Below, in pieces: positions 46,523 through 59,434 of a stretch of 64,000 nucleotides of DNA. The DNA comes from Octopus sinensis (lineage: Eukaryota): contig NC_043008.1 in assembly GCF_006345805.1 (NCBI RefSeq), positions 57,846,001 to 57,910,000 on the forward strand, read 5' to 3'. A program made the translations under genes and the position numbers. Numbering within the stretch: the first letter of the stretch is position 1; every line of letters starts with the position of its first letter. The notes under the pieces are model-generated. The model was not told the DNA's origin. It saw only the letters and a program-made list of their open reading frames with translations, and did no database searches.

Positions 46523-46932
46523 GGATCTTTTCGGCAGTTTTTTAAAAATAATTTCCACGTAACTAAACACTTTTTAAACTTCGTATACTGGTAGAATGTA
46601 TTTATAAAACATCTTTTTCTCTTGGCTTTATTGAGAAAATTCTATAGTTTGTAAGATATTTGTTGTTTTTTTCTTCAATTTCTGCAATTTCAACCAATCA
46701 ATGACGTCTATTGAGGTAAAAAACATTCTGTGCCGTATGAATATGTCCCTCGTTTAAGAAACAGATTGGGTTTATTTACATTTGTGAAGAAAAAAAGATA
46801 CCCTTCCCCCAACCCCTAACCCTAACCCTAAAACAGATTGAAATGCAATAGATCGATACTAGGGTCATAATTATGGGTGACAATTTCATATGACACCGCT
46901 AGAAAAAACTGCTGTTCAAACCGAAAAGATCC
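46523..46932. mobile_element. MITE M1
   Basis: Left TIR has a short internal deletion; 8-bp TSD CAGGCCTC. Confidence 0.9.
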
Positions 46933-47115
46933 CAGGCCTCTCCTAACTGGTGTCGTGATCTACTAGAAATCGCAGCTAAATCTTTCTAAATTCATGCTCC
47001 ACAGCAGCTGTCTCCATTTTATTTTGCTTTACACCACAGACAGATTTTGAGCGAGACAATTTTTCCACAGACCAGGTGATCATATGCATAACAAAACATA
47101 ATGAAGTGCATTATA

Positions 47116-47116
<1 letters not shown>

Positions 47117-47168
<52 letters not shown>

Positions 47169-47429
47169 TATGTTTGACTTTTGCTTTATATTTGTACAAG
47201 TTGGCTCCAAGTCTCACCCAGAGACCTCAAGAGACAACAGGTTGGAAGTTCATGTTGTTATGCCTAGTGTGCCATATATTTGGTTTTGTATTAAGTGTTG
47301 TACTAGTGAATGTCTAAAAAAAAAATACATACGAAAATTATGTTTGTTTTAAAACTTGAGATTACATAGACAGTATTTTGTGTAGGATATGAGCAGTTCC
47401 CATGAGCACTATCTTTTGAATTTCTGCCA

Positions 47430-47470
<41 letters not shown>

Positions 47471-47474
47471 TATT

Positions 47475-47500
<26 letters not shown>
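47117..47500. repeat. (TTA)n microsatellites (47117-47166 and 47432-47500)
   Basis: Directly visible. The window also has many (TA)n, (CA)n, (TACA)n and (GA)n tracts, e.g. 26840-26895, 36260-36380, 43993-44086, 46372-46458 and 59385-59430. Confidence 0.95.
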
Positions 47501-47505
<5 letters not shown>

Positions 47506-48759
47506 TACATATATGTAGCGAACAGCTAGGATTTGAAGCTCAATCCATATTTTTCCATATTGTCAAATAAGTCACATGCCTAGTGTTTTCGTCTTTTGCA
47601 CTAAGAAATTAATGAGACCTTTCTTGAGGCATGCATCGGTTAAAGCTGATTAGAGAAGAGAAAACAACTGTTACTCTACATATCCGTTTTGACTACGTTA
47701 CTCTTTCTCTCCCTAGCAGTCACACAGGAAATTAACTACTAATTATCATGCAGAATGAAGATCTACAAATAAGTTATCTCACCGCTTGACAACTGGTGTT
47801 GGTTTGTTTACGTCCCCGTAACGTAGATGTTTGGCAAAGGACACCGATAGAATAAATACCAGGTGAAGGCGGCGAGCTGGCAGAAACGTTAGCACGCCGG
47901 GCAAAATGCTTTGCGGTATTTCGTCTGCCATTTCATCTGAGTTCAAATTCCGCCGAGGTCGACTTTGCCTTTCATCTTTTCGGGGTCGATAAATTAAATA
48001 GCAGTTACGCACTGGGGTCGATGTAATCGACTCGATCCCTTTGTCTGTCCTTGTTTGTCTCCTCTATGTTTAGCCCCTTGTGGGTAGTAAAGAAATAAGT
48101 ATAAATACCAGGTTTAAAAATAAGTACTGGAGTTGATTTGTTCGACTAAAACTCTACAAGGTGGTGTTCCAGTATGGTCGCAGCCCAATGACTGAAACAC
48201 GTAAAATAATATAAATGTTCATGGCTGTGTGGTAAGTAGCTTGCTTACCAACCACATGGTTCTGGGTTCATTCCCCCTGCATGGCACTTTGGGCAAGTGT
48301 CTTCTACTATAGCCTCGGGCTGACCAAAGCCTTGTGAGTGGATTTGGTAGACGGAAACCGAAAGAAGCCCGTCGTATATATGTATGTGCGTGTATATAGT
48401 TGTGTGTCTGTGTTTGTCCCCCCAACATCACTTGACAACCGATGGTGGTGTGTTTACGTCCCTGTAACTTAGTGGTTCGGCAAATGAGACCGATAGAATA
48501 ACTACTAGGCTTCCAAAGAATAAGTTCTGGGGTCGATTTGCTCGACTAAAGGCGGTGCTCCAGCATGGCCGCAGTCAAATGACTGAAACAAGTAAAAGAG
48601 AAAAGAGAGAACAATCATACCAGTATCAGTAAAACAATAAGAAAATGTGTAAACATTTATAGAAATAAAGTTCTTCTAAATATGTATTATAGAACATAAA
48701 GAACTTTGGTTCTCTGTATGAACAAATTTAAACATTGTTCTAAAATTGTACTTGTGTTA

Positions 48760-51100
48760 CTTTTGACGAGACCAACGACGAGTCAATAATGTTTATTAAA
48801 ATGCTCACGTTCAGGCTGAGTAAAGCTAAAGTCAACAATCTTTCGTGGTTCAATGAAGCTTTCAAATATGACAGATCAATTTTAACTTGTTGAAAGATCG
48901 CTCACAGCTGGCAGTTCAACTTACAACAGTAAATGCTATTTGAAAAGTTACTCTCAAACTTGGCTCTTCGAAATCTGAATATTTTAGGCCGTCAATAGCA
49001 GTACTATACAACTGTTAATGTTTGAGACAACATGACTTACCTTTAAGATATTCACATTATGAATGCTGTTGCTGTTTTGAATCAAACAGAAATCCTCTAC
49101 CATCAAAAAGAAGCTTACTTTTAAAAATCCAAATCTTAGAAACAAGCAAATTTTTCTTTCATTTCATCATTGAAGAAAACAATAGTTTTTATTATTCTCA
49201 TCATTCTTACTATTGTAGTTAATCTTACATCCTTGCTTATTTTATATTTCATCAAGCAGGTGCAGCAGTATTATTAGAAGTTCGTTTCCCAACCTCATTG
49301 TTCAAGGTTCATTCCTACTGCTTGGTACCTTTGGCAGGTGTTTTGTACTATAGGCTCGAGCCGACCAAAGCCTTGTGAATGGACTTGGTTGACGGAAACT
49401 GAAAGAAACCCGGCATATATATACTTCTTATATAAGGATAAAATTTTATTAAAAAGTTTTATCAGTGGCCAGGCCAGCATATGAAAAATACAATTATAAA
49501 TAAGGGCAAAAAGAAAAAAAAATTTTCTTTGCCAATATGCTGAAAAATAGACGCTAAATCGTCTAACCACATAAAATATTATTACACGTGGTGTAATAAT
49601 AAAAGTGAAAATATTTTATGTGGTTAGACGATTTAGTGTCTATCTTTTAGCATATTGACAAAGAAAAAAAGTTTCTTTTTGCCTTTATTTATAATATATA
49701 TGTATATGTGTGTGTGTCTCTGTGCTTATTTGTCCTCACCACCGTTTGACAACTGGTGTTGGTATGTTTACGCTTCTGTAACTTGGCGTTTCAACAAAAC
49801 GACAAATAGACTAAGCACCAGGTTTTTAAAAAAAGTGCTGGAGTCAATTTGTTCGATAAAAGTTCTTCAAGGCGATGCCCCAGCACGGCCGCAGTCTAAT
49901 GATTGAAACAAGTAAAGGGTAAAAGACAAGCAGTTGCTTCTTCTTTCTGGCTCATCTTCTGCTTGAGTATCCCTTACATCACACAGTTTCAGCCGAGCTT
50001 ACAGTGATTAACTTGCAAATGATGCTCGATGCTTAAAAAATAATCTTGAAGAGCCTTTAAATCCCAAGCACCATTAAGAGAGCTTACGGTATGATCTTGG
50101 ATTTATTTGAACAGGGCCAATCTAAATGAATATTTTATTATAAAAAAATCAAAGCAAAACCAAACAATTCAAATTTGATTCATTACCTTCCTCGCACCAT
50201 TTCTTGTATCAGCATTGCCATTCTGATAATTAACTATGGTTTACAAAAATTCAACGGAAATATCAAAAACATTCATGAGCTGATTTCACAATTTCTGTTT
50301 TAGAACTTCATTGAATTTCAGATTCAGCTTTGAAAAACTATTGGTATGACATCGTTTTCGCTTTTACTAACGGATAGATGAGCAGGAAACGAATGAATAA
50401 AGTGTCTGAATTGTACCGTAAACATCACCATCAATACTTCTTAGAAGTATGCATTCCGATCAAATTGAGAGAACGATTATCACAGTTAACAGGACAATAT
50501 CTGCTCGATGTTTTTTTTTTTTTTTTCATTTATCTTCTGTTGAATACTTCTTTTATAAAGCCATTATTGCAGCATTGCCATGGTATGGAGATCAACAGGC
50601 TTCTAAGAACATTTGTCTTTTACAAGTTGTTCCTGAATTACTTTCACCGTGTTTTCAGCATACTTTCGCTTTAATTGAATAAATCCAAGAAAGACCCTTT
50701 CATAATTCTTTTCTTCTAAAAATCAATATCATCATAACGAACACTTTTTGTCATTTGCTCGTAATGTTTTTGATCTGCAATCGAATCAAACACGAGGCCA
50801 AAATATTTGGCATTATGAATGTTATGTAGCGATTTCTTGCAAAAAGTAGAAGCCATCGGTTTCCGCACCAAAATGAGATTAATATAATATTCTTCCTGGG
50901 TTATTTTCTACATTATTGGGGAGTTCTTACATGAAAGGGTCAATGTTTGTCAATAAAACGTTAACCCTGTCAAGAAAGCCTGTTGACCTTAACCTTCTTC
51001 AGCTTTGAACGGGAGGAAACTGAAAACACAAATTTTAATGATATCGATGCGTTTGTCTCGTCAAAAGATCAACAAGTACAATTTTAAAAATAAAGTACGA
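48760..51100 (-). pseudogene. hAT transposase relic (ZMYM1/DUF4371-like), interrupted by SINEs
   Basis: AKYFGLVFDS.AD..HYEQM..VRY..ER.FLGFI..C*SPYHGNAAIMA..IQQKI..VNCDNRSLNL..IQTLYSF (50000-50950). The hAT dimerization motif ASCERSFNKLKLI..ERL..LALLS lies at about 48780-48920. Confidence 0.8.
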
Positions 51101-52550
51101 AATTATTCATACAGATAACCAAAAATATATAGATGGAAACGACATTTCTTTGAAGGTCTATAATAATTAGACTGGTTTTATTTCAATAACCGTTTACTCA
51201 TTTTCATATTGTTAGTATGAATAGTTGTTTTATGTTTTATATAGGTGCTATCTTTTACTTGTTTCACTCATTGAACTGCGGCCATGCTGGAGTACTGCTT
51301 TGAAGGGTTTTAGTCAAACAAATCGACCCCAGTACTTATATATATATATATTCTTTTATTTATTTCAGTCATTTTGACTGTGGCCATGCTGGAATACTGC
51401 TTTTAGTCGAACAGATCTATCCCAGAACTTATTTTTTGGAAGCCTAGTACTTATTCTATCGATCCTTTTGTCGAATCGCTAAGTTACACGGATGTAAACA
51501 TACCAACATCGGTTGTCAAACGATGGTGGAGGGGCAAACAAGCACAAACATGCACACACATATACGACAGGCTTTTTTCAGTTTCCGTCTACCAAATCCA
51601 CTCACAAGGTTTTGGTCGGTCAGCCCGAGGCTATAGTAGAAGCCACTTGCTCAAGGTGCTACTTACCACACAGCCACTCCTATATATATCTATATATATA
51701 TATTTTTTAAAGCTAGTACTAATTCTATCGGTCTCCCTTGCTGAACCGCTAATTTACGAGGACATAAACAATTACCGGTTATCAAGCAGTGATAGGGGAC
51801 ATACACAGCACAGACACTTTGGTCAGCCTGGGGCTATAGTAGAAGGCACTTGTCCAATGTACCGCGCAGTAGAACTGAATGCAAGGCAAGATAGTTGGGA
51901 AGCAAACTTCTTAACAGAGTCACACATGTGCCTATACACATCCACTCCTACGCCTATACACAACCACGTTGCACCTATAGCCACGCCCGCGCCTACGCGT
52001 TGTATTATATACAATCTTCTTAATAACCTTTCGAAATATCAAAAATTGTTTTCAGTTTTCATCTAAAGGATTCTGTGACCACGCAATCATAGAAGGCTTT
52101 GAGTTGCTAAACGTTTTATACGATGGCGAATTCCGTGGGGAACTTTTCACTATTTTCGTTTTTCTGATGCAATTTGAAATTAGATATCTATCGCAATTAC
52201 TCGTCTATATCTTAAAGATTTCTTTTCACTTTCCTTCCATTCTATGAATCAGTACCAATGAGTTATTATTATTATTATTTTTTTGCCTTTCCATGTTTAA
52301 GCCTTTCTGGTGCTGTTCAATGATGGAATCTATTTTCTTATTTCAAAGAAGAGTTACAGGCATTTCATAAAGAGCAAACTGCAAAAGCGAAAAGACGCCT
52401 TCTGCTCTTCGGCTCCAAAAGAATAAGCAAGCTATAAGCGCCACATTTCTTCTCTAAATTAATTTTGCAACTTTTCTAAAAAACATCTTATATGTGTGTG
52501 TGTGTGTGTGTTGTGTGGTATATTTATGTAGATGTATATATGTCTGTGTG

Positions 52551-52584
<34 letters not shown>

Positions 52585-52617
52585 CACGAGCACAAAAAAC
52601 GTGTGCATGCACACACA

Positions 52618-52658
<41 letters not shown>

Positions 52659-55600
52659 ACATATTGAAAACAATTTTAACATCACTTCCGGGATTCGAAC
52701 ATCGCAATACAAATAAAAAGTCATCCCAGAATAGTGCATAAAAATGGAATAAAATGGAATAAAACAGAAAATTCGATAAAAGAGATGTTTGAAGTCCAAT
52801 AATTGCGATAGAGGATTAAACTCTCCCTTTCTCCCTCATTATAAAACAGGTCATGCGCTTTGACACTAGAGTTTAGTGTGGAGTTACAGGTAGTAATAAG
52901 GCTTACAGGAACGATGTTGGAATTCAGATGGCGATTTAGCAGCCATTCAAGTACCACAGTAAGTATGGCTGTCATTGGTAAGAAAGATGTCTATACTGCG
53001 AACCCGAAGTCGTGTTCTTGTCTGTCATCTTATCTCTTTCCATTTTTAGAAGAAAATGTACTGCCTTGTCGGCTGCTAATACTTTTTGGTAATGTCCACG
53101 TTTTATCTTGCGAGATCAGCATCAATAACAGATGATTGCGTCTATTATTGATTAGTTTCAGATCATTGGCCAATCCTGATGTCTTAGCTCTCATATTTTA
53201 GTTTGCTATACGAAATGCTAGAAACGTCTTTGGAATTTTCCAAACATTGTTTGATGCGTTATTTTTGAATCTATTTGTCAAATACAAAACACTTAAATCT
53301 CTTACATCTAAAGAAGTAGCCAGACAGTGGTGGATTAACACATTACTAACTGGAACCGCCTACACGAAGATAGGTGGTTGTTGATCAGTGGAGAGACAGT
53401 GGCTCACACTACCGATACAGACAATCCATGATACCTCTTCTCTGTACAATTTAAGACAGGACTTATAACCCGCAACTTTTGCTTGTCGTGTTGTGCCTAG
53501 ATCCTCAAAGATATAGCTAAGTGTCTGTAGTGAGAAAGGAGAGGAAAAAAGAAACACCGGGAGAAAGAAAGAGGAACGAAGATAAAGAAGAACGTGGGTA
53601 GTTCTATGAGGGGTCTTGGGTTGCCCATATCTCAAGACCGCTTTCTCAACCTCACCGGTGTAGTTTAGAGGAGAGTCAAACTGTACTAGTTTGGTTGCAA
53701 GATTTGTCAGAAAAAAATATTGCCAAATGGACATATCTAATCGCCAACGAGACTCTATTCCTTTAGGTCTATCAGGGTGTGTTCCACTTAGTTTTTTACT
53801 ATATCCATTACTCACAAGGAAATGGGACTATTTCACCCTTGGTTATAGGTCTGCTGATGAGCAATAATGTCCCATCTTAGTGCTCATCAGTAGACCCCTA
53901 ACTATCACACCAGTGATCTACATGTCACACCTCTGCTGGCAAACCACCATCGAGTCTTTGATAAGTTTAGTCCGAGACGGCAAGAACTCTAGTTATCGCG
54001 CATCACCAAGGCGAGGTACTACCTAGAAACTGTTTATAGCTCTTTTGCAGCAGAAACCAAATATGGCCGCTCAAAATTCCATTACCCTTAACTGTAAAAA
54101 ACAGTTTTTTATACCGATCGATCTTTGGTTGAAAAATGTCATGTTTGAATCTATTTTTTTGGAGCTATGTCAATTTTATTGAGGCAAAGTGATTTTCAGA
54201 AAATAATTCTATATTTTTTGGTAGATATTTAAGTTCGTTAATGGAATAACCATTAAATTTAATCAAAGGACTAGGGAGGGAAGACTCACACTGTCGGCTG
54301 ACTATGTATTTATGTTTCATCCTTTCCTACTATATCTACCTGCAGTAGATTGTACACTAACAGGAAACAGTTGCCTTCATAATAGAATCTATGTTATTAG
54401 ACACACCGCATTTTAGTTTTATTAGCCATACTCTTCCGAGCTATCTTAGAGTATGTTGGAAGTGGCTATTAATTTTGGAGTTTTCCTTTTCCTAGATTGA
54501 TAGCTTTCATCGCAGCTGAGGAGCTCGATCTACTCTTACAAAAATCTATTTAACTCATAGACGGGACCCCGGCAAGTACTACCGTCCTGGGTTAGAACGG
54601 ATCTAAGAGTAATGATAATTAAGGGGTGAGTCCCCATTCCCCGCAACTCCAGAACTCCTGGACTGGAACCTCACCACGAGATGCGGTTTCATGTCATACG
54701 CAAGACGTTTATGTTTACCTGCCGTTCAAAGCTGAAGAGAAAGCAAGGAGACTTGCACAAAACCAAATTCACTGACATGGTAGACGTATCACAAAAGCTA
54801 AGTGATCTATGAACATAAGCACACTGCTTTAGAACTTCAGTAGCATTACTCTGGTTTCGTACCGATCGAAAGCAACATGTTAATAAGTACGTATACAATA
54901 CTAAAAATATCGAATATTCTAATACACAAACACACTCAAAATCGAACGTATGGCTAGATATTGATCTCTCTTCGTTGACACACATTTTAAATGGAAAGAC
55001 ACACTTGACTGAATCCAGTACATTATTCATACTAATTTTATTGACGTCAGAGAAACAGAAAGCAAAATTCATCCAAGAAGGAATCGAACTCAGAATGTAG
55101 AGACACATGATAATTTAATGTGGGGCTGCTATATCTACCATGCCATCTTCTTCATATCGATAAATGAGTTTTCATAATTATTAGATAACTTGAAAGACCT
55201 ATGGCAATTCCATGATTTATAAATTGATCTTATTCTTAGTATGATGCATAAAACATTTCGATTTGTCTTCGATTTCCTTCCATAGTCAAAGTTATTGAAA
55301 GTTTAACACTCAAACTTGTTTTATCATAGGGAGTGAGGCGCAACGAATAATATTGATTTCAAATTTTGGTACAAGGTCAGCAAGTGTGGGGCACAGCTAG
55401 TATTTATTTTATCGACCCCGGAAGTATGAAAAGCAAAGTCAACCTCGGTGGAATTTGAACTTAGAACATAAAGACGGACGAAATGCCGCAAAGTATTTTG
55501 CCCGGTGTGCTAACGATTCCACCAGCATGTTGCCAAGCACAATGAATAACTTTTTCTAGTGGAAGCACAAGGCCTCAAATTTGGGAGAAGGGATAAAGGG

Positions 55601-56848
55601 ACATCGATCCCAGTGCGTAACTGGTACAAATTTTATCGACCCCGAAAGGATGAAAGGCAAAGACAACCTCGGCAGAATTTGAACTCAGAACGTAACAGTA
55701 GACGAAATACCTATTTCTTTACTACCCACAAGGGGCTAAACACAGAGAGGACAAACAAGGACAGACAAACGGATTAAGTCGATTATATCGACCCCAGTGC
55801 GTAAATGGTACTTATTTAATCGACCCCGAAAGGATGAAAGGCAAAGTTGACCTCGGCGGAATTTGAACTCAGAACGTAGCGGCAGACGAAATACCGCTGA
55901 GCATTTCGCCCGGCATGCTAACGATTCAGCCAGCTCGCCGCCCAAAGGTCAATGAATAATATTTACTGCATTTTTGACTTTGAGATAAAAAAATAAAAAT
56001 GGCAAATGTTCACTACCTTACAAAAACTATATCAGCTCAGTAAATGACTTTCTCTATCATTTCGTAAATTCATTAAAATCATTATAAAATATTCAGAACT
56101 GTATTTAAAAAAAATTTATCTCCGTTCTCTTTGAGCATGCAGAAGAGAAATTTAGGTGGGGCATAACGAGTAAGACAAAGCAAGGTAAATCTGTCACTTC
56201 AGTTTTCGAGAATTACACCTGAAAAAGACTCATACACATCAATATCCATCCTTTGACATAAAAAAAAATTAGAAATGCTACAAAAACTAAAAATGTCTGG
56301 GTCAAATGAAAGATGATCTTGGAAAAATAGCACATGACGAAACTTGACTAAATCTAAAAACTCCGCGTAAAATATTCTCAATAGCTTCTTCACGATCTGC
56401 TGGAGTGGCTATCTTCCTTATATATTTATGCACCATGCAGTTAAAGAGAAAATACTGAAATACGTCATTACTCATTTTGTTTCACTTTAGACAACATTTT
56501 TTGAAAATTATCAATTTGTACCTTAGTGTGGGAGAAAAATTGCCTTGGAATCCAACAGAGAAAAGAATATTGATTGCTAAACACCGAAAATTATCCAGAT
56601 ATTGTTTTGGTAACCTGAATTAGAATCGGGTCAAAGTTGAAGAAAAATTTCTTGTAAACAAGGTATCTGTTACCTGACTGTGTTCCACACTTTCTCAGCT
56701 TCAGCAGCAACTATGTTGACCATTTTTTCACTCTCAGGAATGATGCAACGGTACAAAACGATGATGCAATACTTTCAATAAGAATAGTTTCAAACAGGTA
56801 GAAGGAAAATATAAAGTCAGAAGTTATCCATTTTGCTCCACCCGCTAT

Positions 56849-57287
56849 GGATCTTTTCGGTTTGAACGGCAGTTTTTAACATAATTTCTAGGTAACTAAA
56901 AAATTTTAAACTTTGTATACTGGTAGAATATGTTTATAAAACATCTTTTTCTCTTGGCTTTATTGAGAAAATTCTATAGTTTGTAAGATATTTGCTGTTT
57001 TTTCTTCTTCAATTTCTGCAATTTCAACCAATCACTGACGTCCATTGAGGTAAACAACATTCTGTGCCGTATGAATATGTCCCTCGTTTAAAAAACAGAT
57101 TGGGTTTATTTACATTTGTGAAGAAAAAAAGACACCCTTCCCCTCACCCTAACCCTAACCCTAACCCCAACTAACCCTAATCCTAAAATAGATTGAAATG
57201 CAACAGATCGATACTAGGGTTATAATTATGGGTGACAATTTCATATGACACCGCTAGAAAAAACTGCCGTTCAAACCGAAAAGATCC
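56849..57287. mobile_element. MITE M1
   Basis: TIRs; 8-bp TSD CCCGCTAT. Confidence 0.9.
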
Positions 57288-58239
57288 CCCGCTATTAAAA
57301 AATAGGCGGTAATCTGGTAGAATCGTTGCAACATCGATAAAATGTTATGCAATAATATTCTTTATGTTATGTGATATGTTATGCTATAACATTCCAGCTT
57401 TTTACATTCTGAGTCCCAAATCTCTCCAATGTCAACTTCGGCTTTCAGCCTTTTGTAGACAATAAAATAAAGTTAAGGGATGGGAATCGATTTAATCGAA
57501 TAATCATTTCGCCCCCCACATAAAATTCTCTCCCCTGTGACTTCGTTAACAGCAATTATGTTTTACGATTTATATGTAGCAAAATAAATGAGAGGAAGAA
57601 AAATATTGTTTATTGAAATGGTTTTTTAGAGCTGTTGTTATAGACAAATTATTTGCCGTTCCGTTATCCATTCTGTACGTAGTTAACTTCATCTGTGAGT
57701 GACTGCCAGAAGACCTGTGGCAAACGGAGAGACAGAAAGAATAAGAGAGTTCAGAGGGGGTAAAAGCTGTATAGTTCCTCGTCGTCGGTGCCGAAAGAAA
57801 GACGAAAGAACTGAACTTGTTTATTGTATTTATATAAATTGGAAAGCTGGATGTAGATCAGAGAACAATGGAAAGTAATGGGTTTATCTTCCTCGAACTG
57901 TATTTAATCCAAGAATATTAACTTAAACAACAGAACTTGACTAAGTATGACAGTAGAGTCATAAATTTTTTAGTGCAAAAGCCGAGAACAATAGGAAAGG
58001 AAGTTGTGTAAAAAATGTAGATTCGGTTTCGAATCCTGGCTTAAAATCCAAGAAGCTATTCGTTACATATGTTAAAAACTTTGATTTTGTTACCTATTTG
58101 TCCCATAGTTTAAAGCTTATTAAAAGCGTTACACTCGAACACTCATCGTGTCAAACGACATTATTCTTACTAGGAAAACTACCCATCTTACGATGAAGGC
58201 ATAAAATGGAGGGAAGTCATAACAGAAGTATGTCTCTCT

Positions 58240-58584
58240 CTATCCGCTCAGTCGAACTTGACTCTCGGTCACTCGTTGGATCAGTGTCCTCCAGTTAGTT
58301 CTATCCTGGGCCGCTTCTTTCAGATTGGCTATGTCCATTTCGGTATCACTCTTGATGGTGTCAAGCCAGCGGGTTCTTGCTCGGCCACTTCCTCTCTTAC
58401 CACTGACCATTCCGAGCATGATGTCCTTCTCCAGGGATTTTCTCCGCATAATATGACCGAAATATGCCAATCTACGCTTGGTGATCCCAGCTTCTAGCGA
58501 CATTTTCGGCCTGATCTGCTTAAGAACTTCTCCATTGGTGAGCCTCGCTGTACATGGAATCCGTAAAAGTATTCTCCAACACAA
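58240..58584 (-). mobile_element. RTE/BovB-like LINE 3' end (5'-truncated)
   Basis: Open 114-aa frame CWRILLRIPCTAR.TN..VL..SLEA.I.KRRL.YFGHIMRR.SLEKDIMLG.V.GKRG.GR.R.RWLD..L.EAAQDR..W..VTES..RL, the characteristic BovB/RTE C-terminus. Confidence 0.85.
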
Positions 58585-59003
58585 AGCAGTATGTATTGAG
58601 AAATATATAAAAATATATATAAATGGACTTGATAGATTACTGGGTGATGTCTTAGAGAAATCATATTATTTATTGTTGGTGATACAGCATTCTAATGCAA
58701 CTATATGATATGTGTTTGTGACTAAGTAACATGTGATGACGATTCACTCCCGAACTAAAATAAGCTCCCAGCCTCTGTATCATGAATGGTTATGTGGATC
58801 ACTCCCAACGAAAGCTAGTGCTTCCTTCGACCACTACATAAAAAAGTATTAAGAAAAAAATGTCATTTAGATATATACTTTTATTTTAGTTGTTTACACT
58901 ATTTTACGCTTTTGAGCAATTTAATTCACCCTTATACATTCAAAGTTCACAAATTTCCTTATTTAAATTATAAATCATATTCCTTTCAATAATATCAAAA
59001 TGA

Positions 59004-59200
59004 TTACAAAACTTCTTTGTAGATGATATTTTCTGTTTGGTCGACATTATTTTTCAAATTACTGGAGTCCGTTGCTCTACTCATAGCGACGTATAACTGG
59101 CCGAGTGTAAACATCGGAGTGGGTAAAAATACACCTACACGATCTAAAGTCTGGCTCTGTGCCCTGTGCCTTGTTTGCTGTAAATGCGCGAGCGGAATCT
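59004..59200 (-). mobile_element. Helitron helicase C-terminal fragment
   Basis: AFTANKAQG/QTLDRVGVFLPTPMFTLGQLYVAMSRAT..T.NIIYKEVL* matches the Helitron PIF1-like terminus (AMTINKxQGQTL..VG..L..PVF.HGQLYVA.SR..NIVY.EVL). Confidence 0.85.
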
Positions 59201-59396
59201 TTAGGAATCTGCCCATCTACGATGCCGATTTCTACATAACCAATATATTAAAATACAGCTCTGCCTATCCTGCTACCAAGGATTAAAATTTATTCGCTGT
59301 TCTGTTGATACACAGAAGATCACAAAGGAGATAAATTCGAGTTCTACAGAATAACCAGATATTTGTGTTAAGAATAACCAGGAGAGCGAGCGAGCG

Positions 59397-59434
<38 letters not shown>

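Noticed and set aside
49035-49100. Strong minus-strand donor AAG|GTAAGT
   Set aside because: Lies within the span of the hAT relic, with no matching acceptor or ORF.
26606-52799. ORFs rich in HT/CV/YI dipeptides throughout the window
   Set aside because: Translations of (CA)n, (TA)n and (TACA)n microsatellites.
53360-53815. 151-aa minus-strand ORF
   Set aside because: No recognisable domain; it runs through a low-complexity purine tract and lacks convincing splice sites.
53851-53890. CTGATGAG hammerhead core or C/D-box-like motif
   Set aside because: No GAAA or stems I/III follow; the motif is simply part of the hairpin arms.
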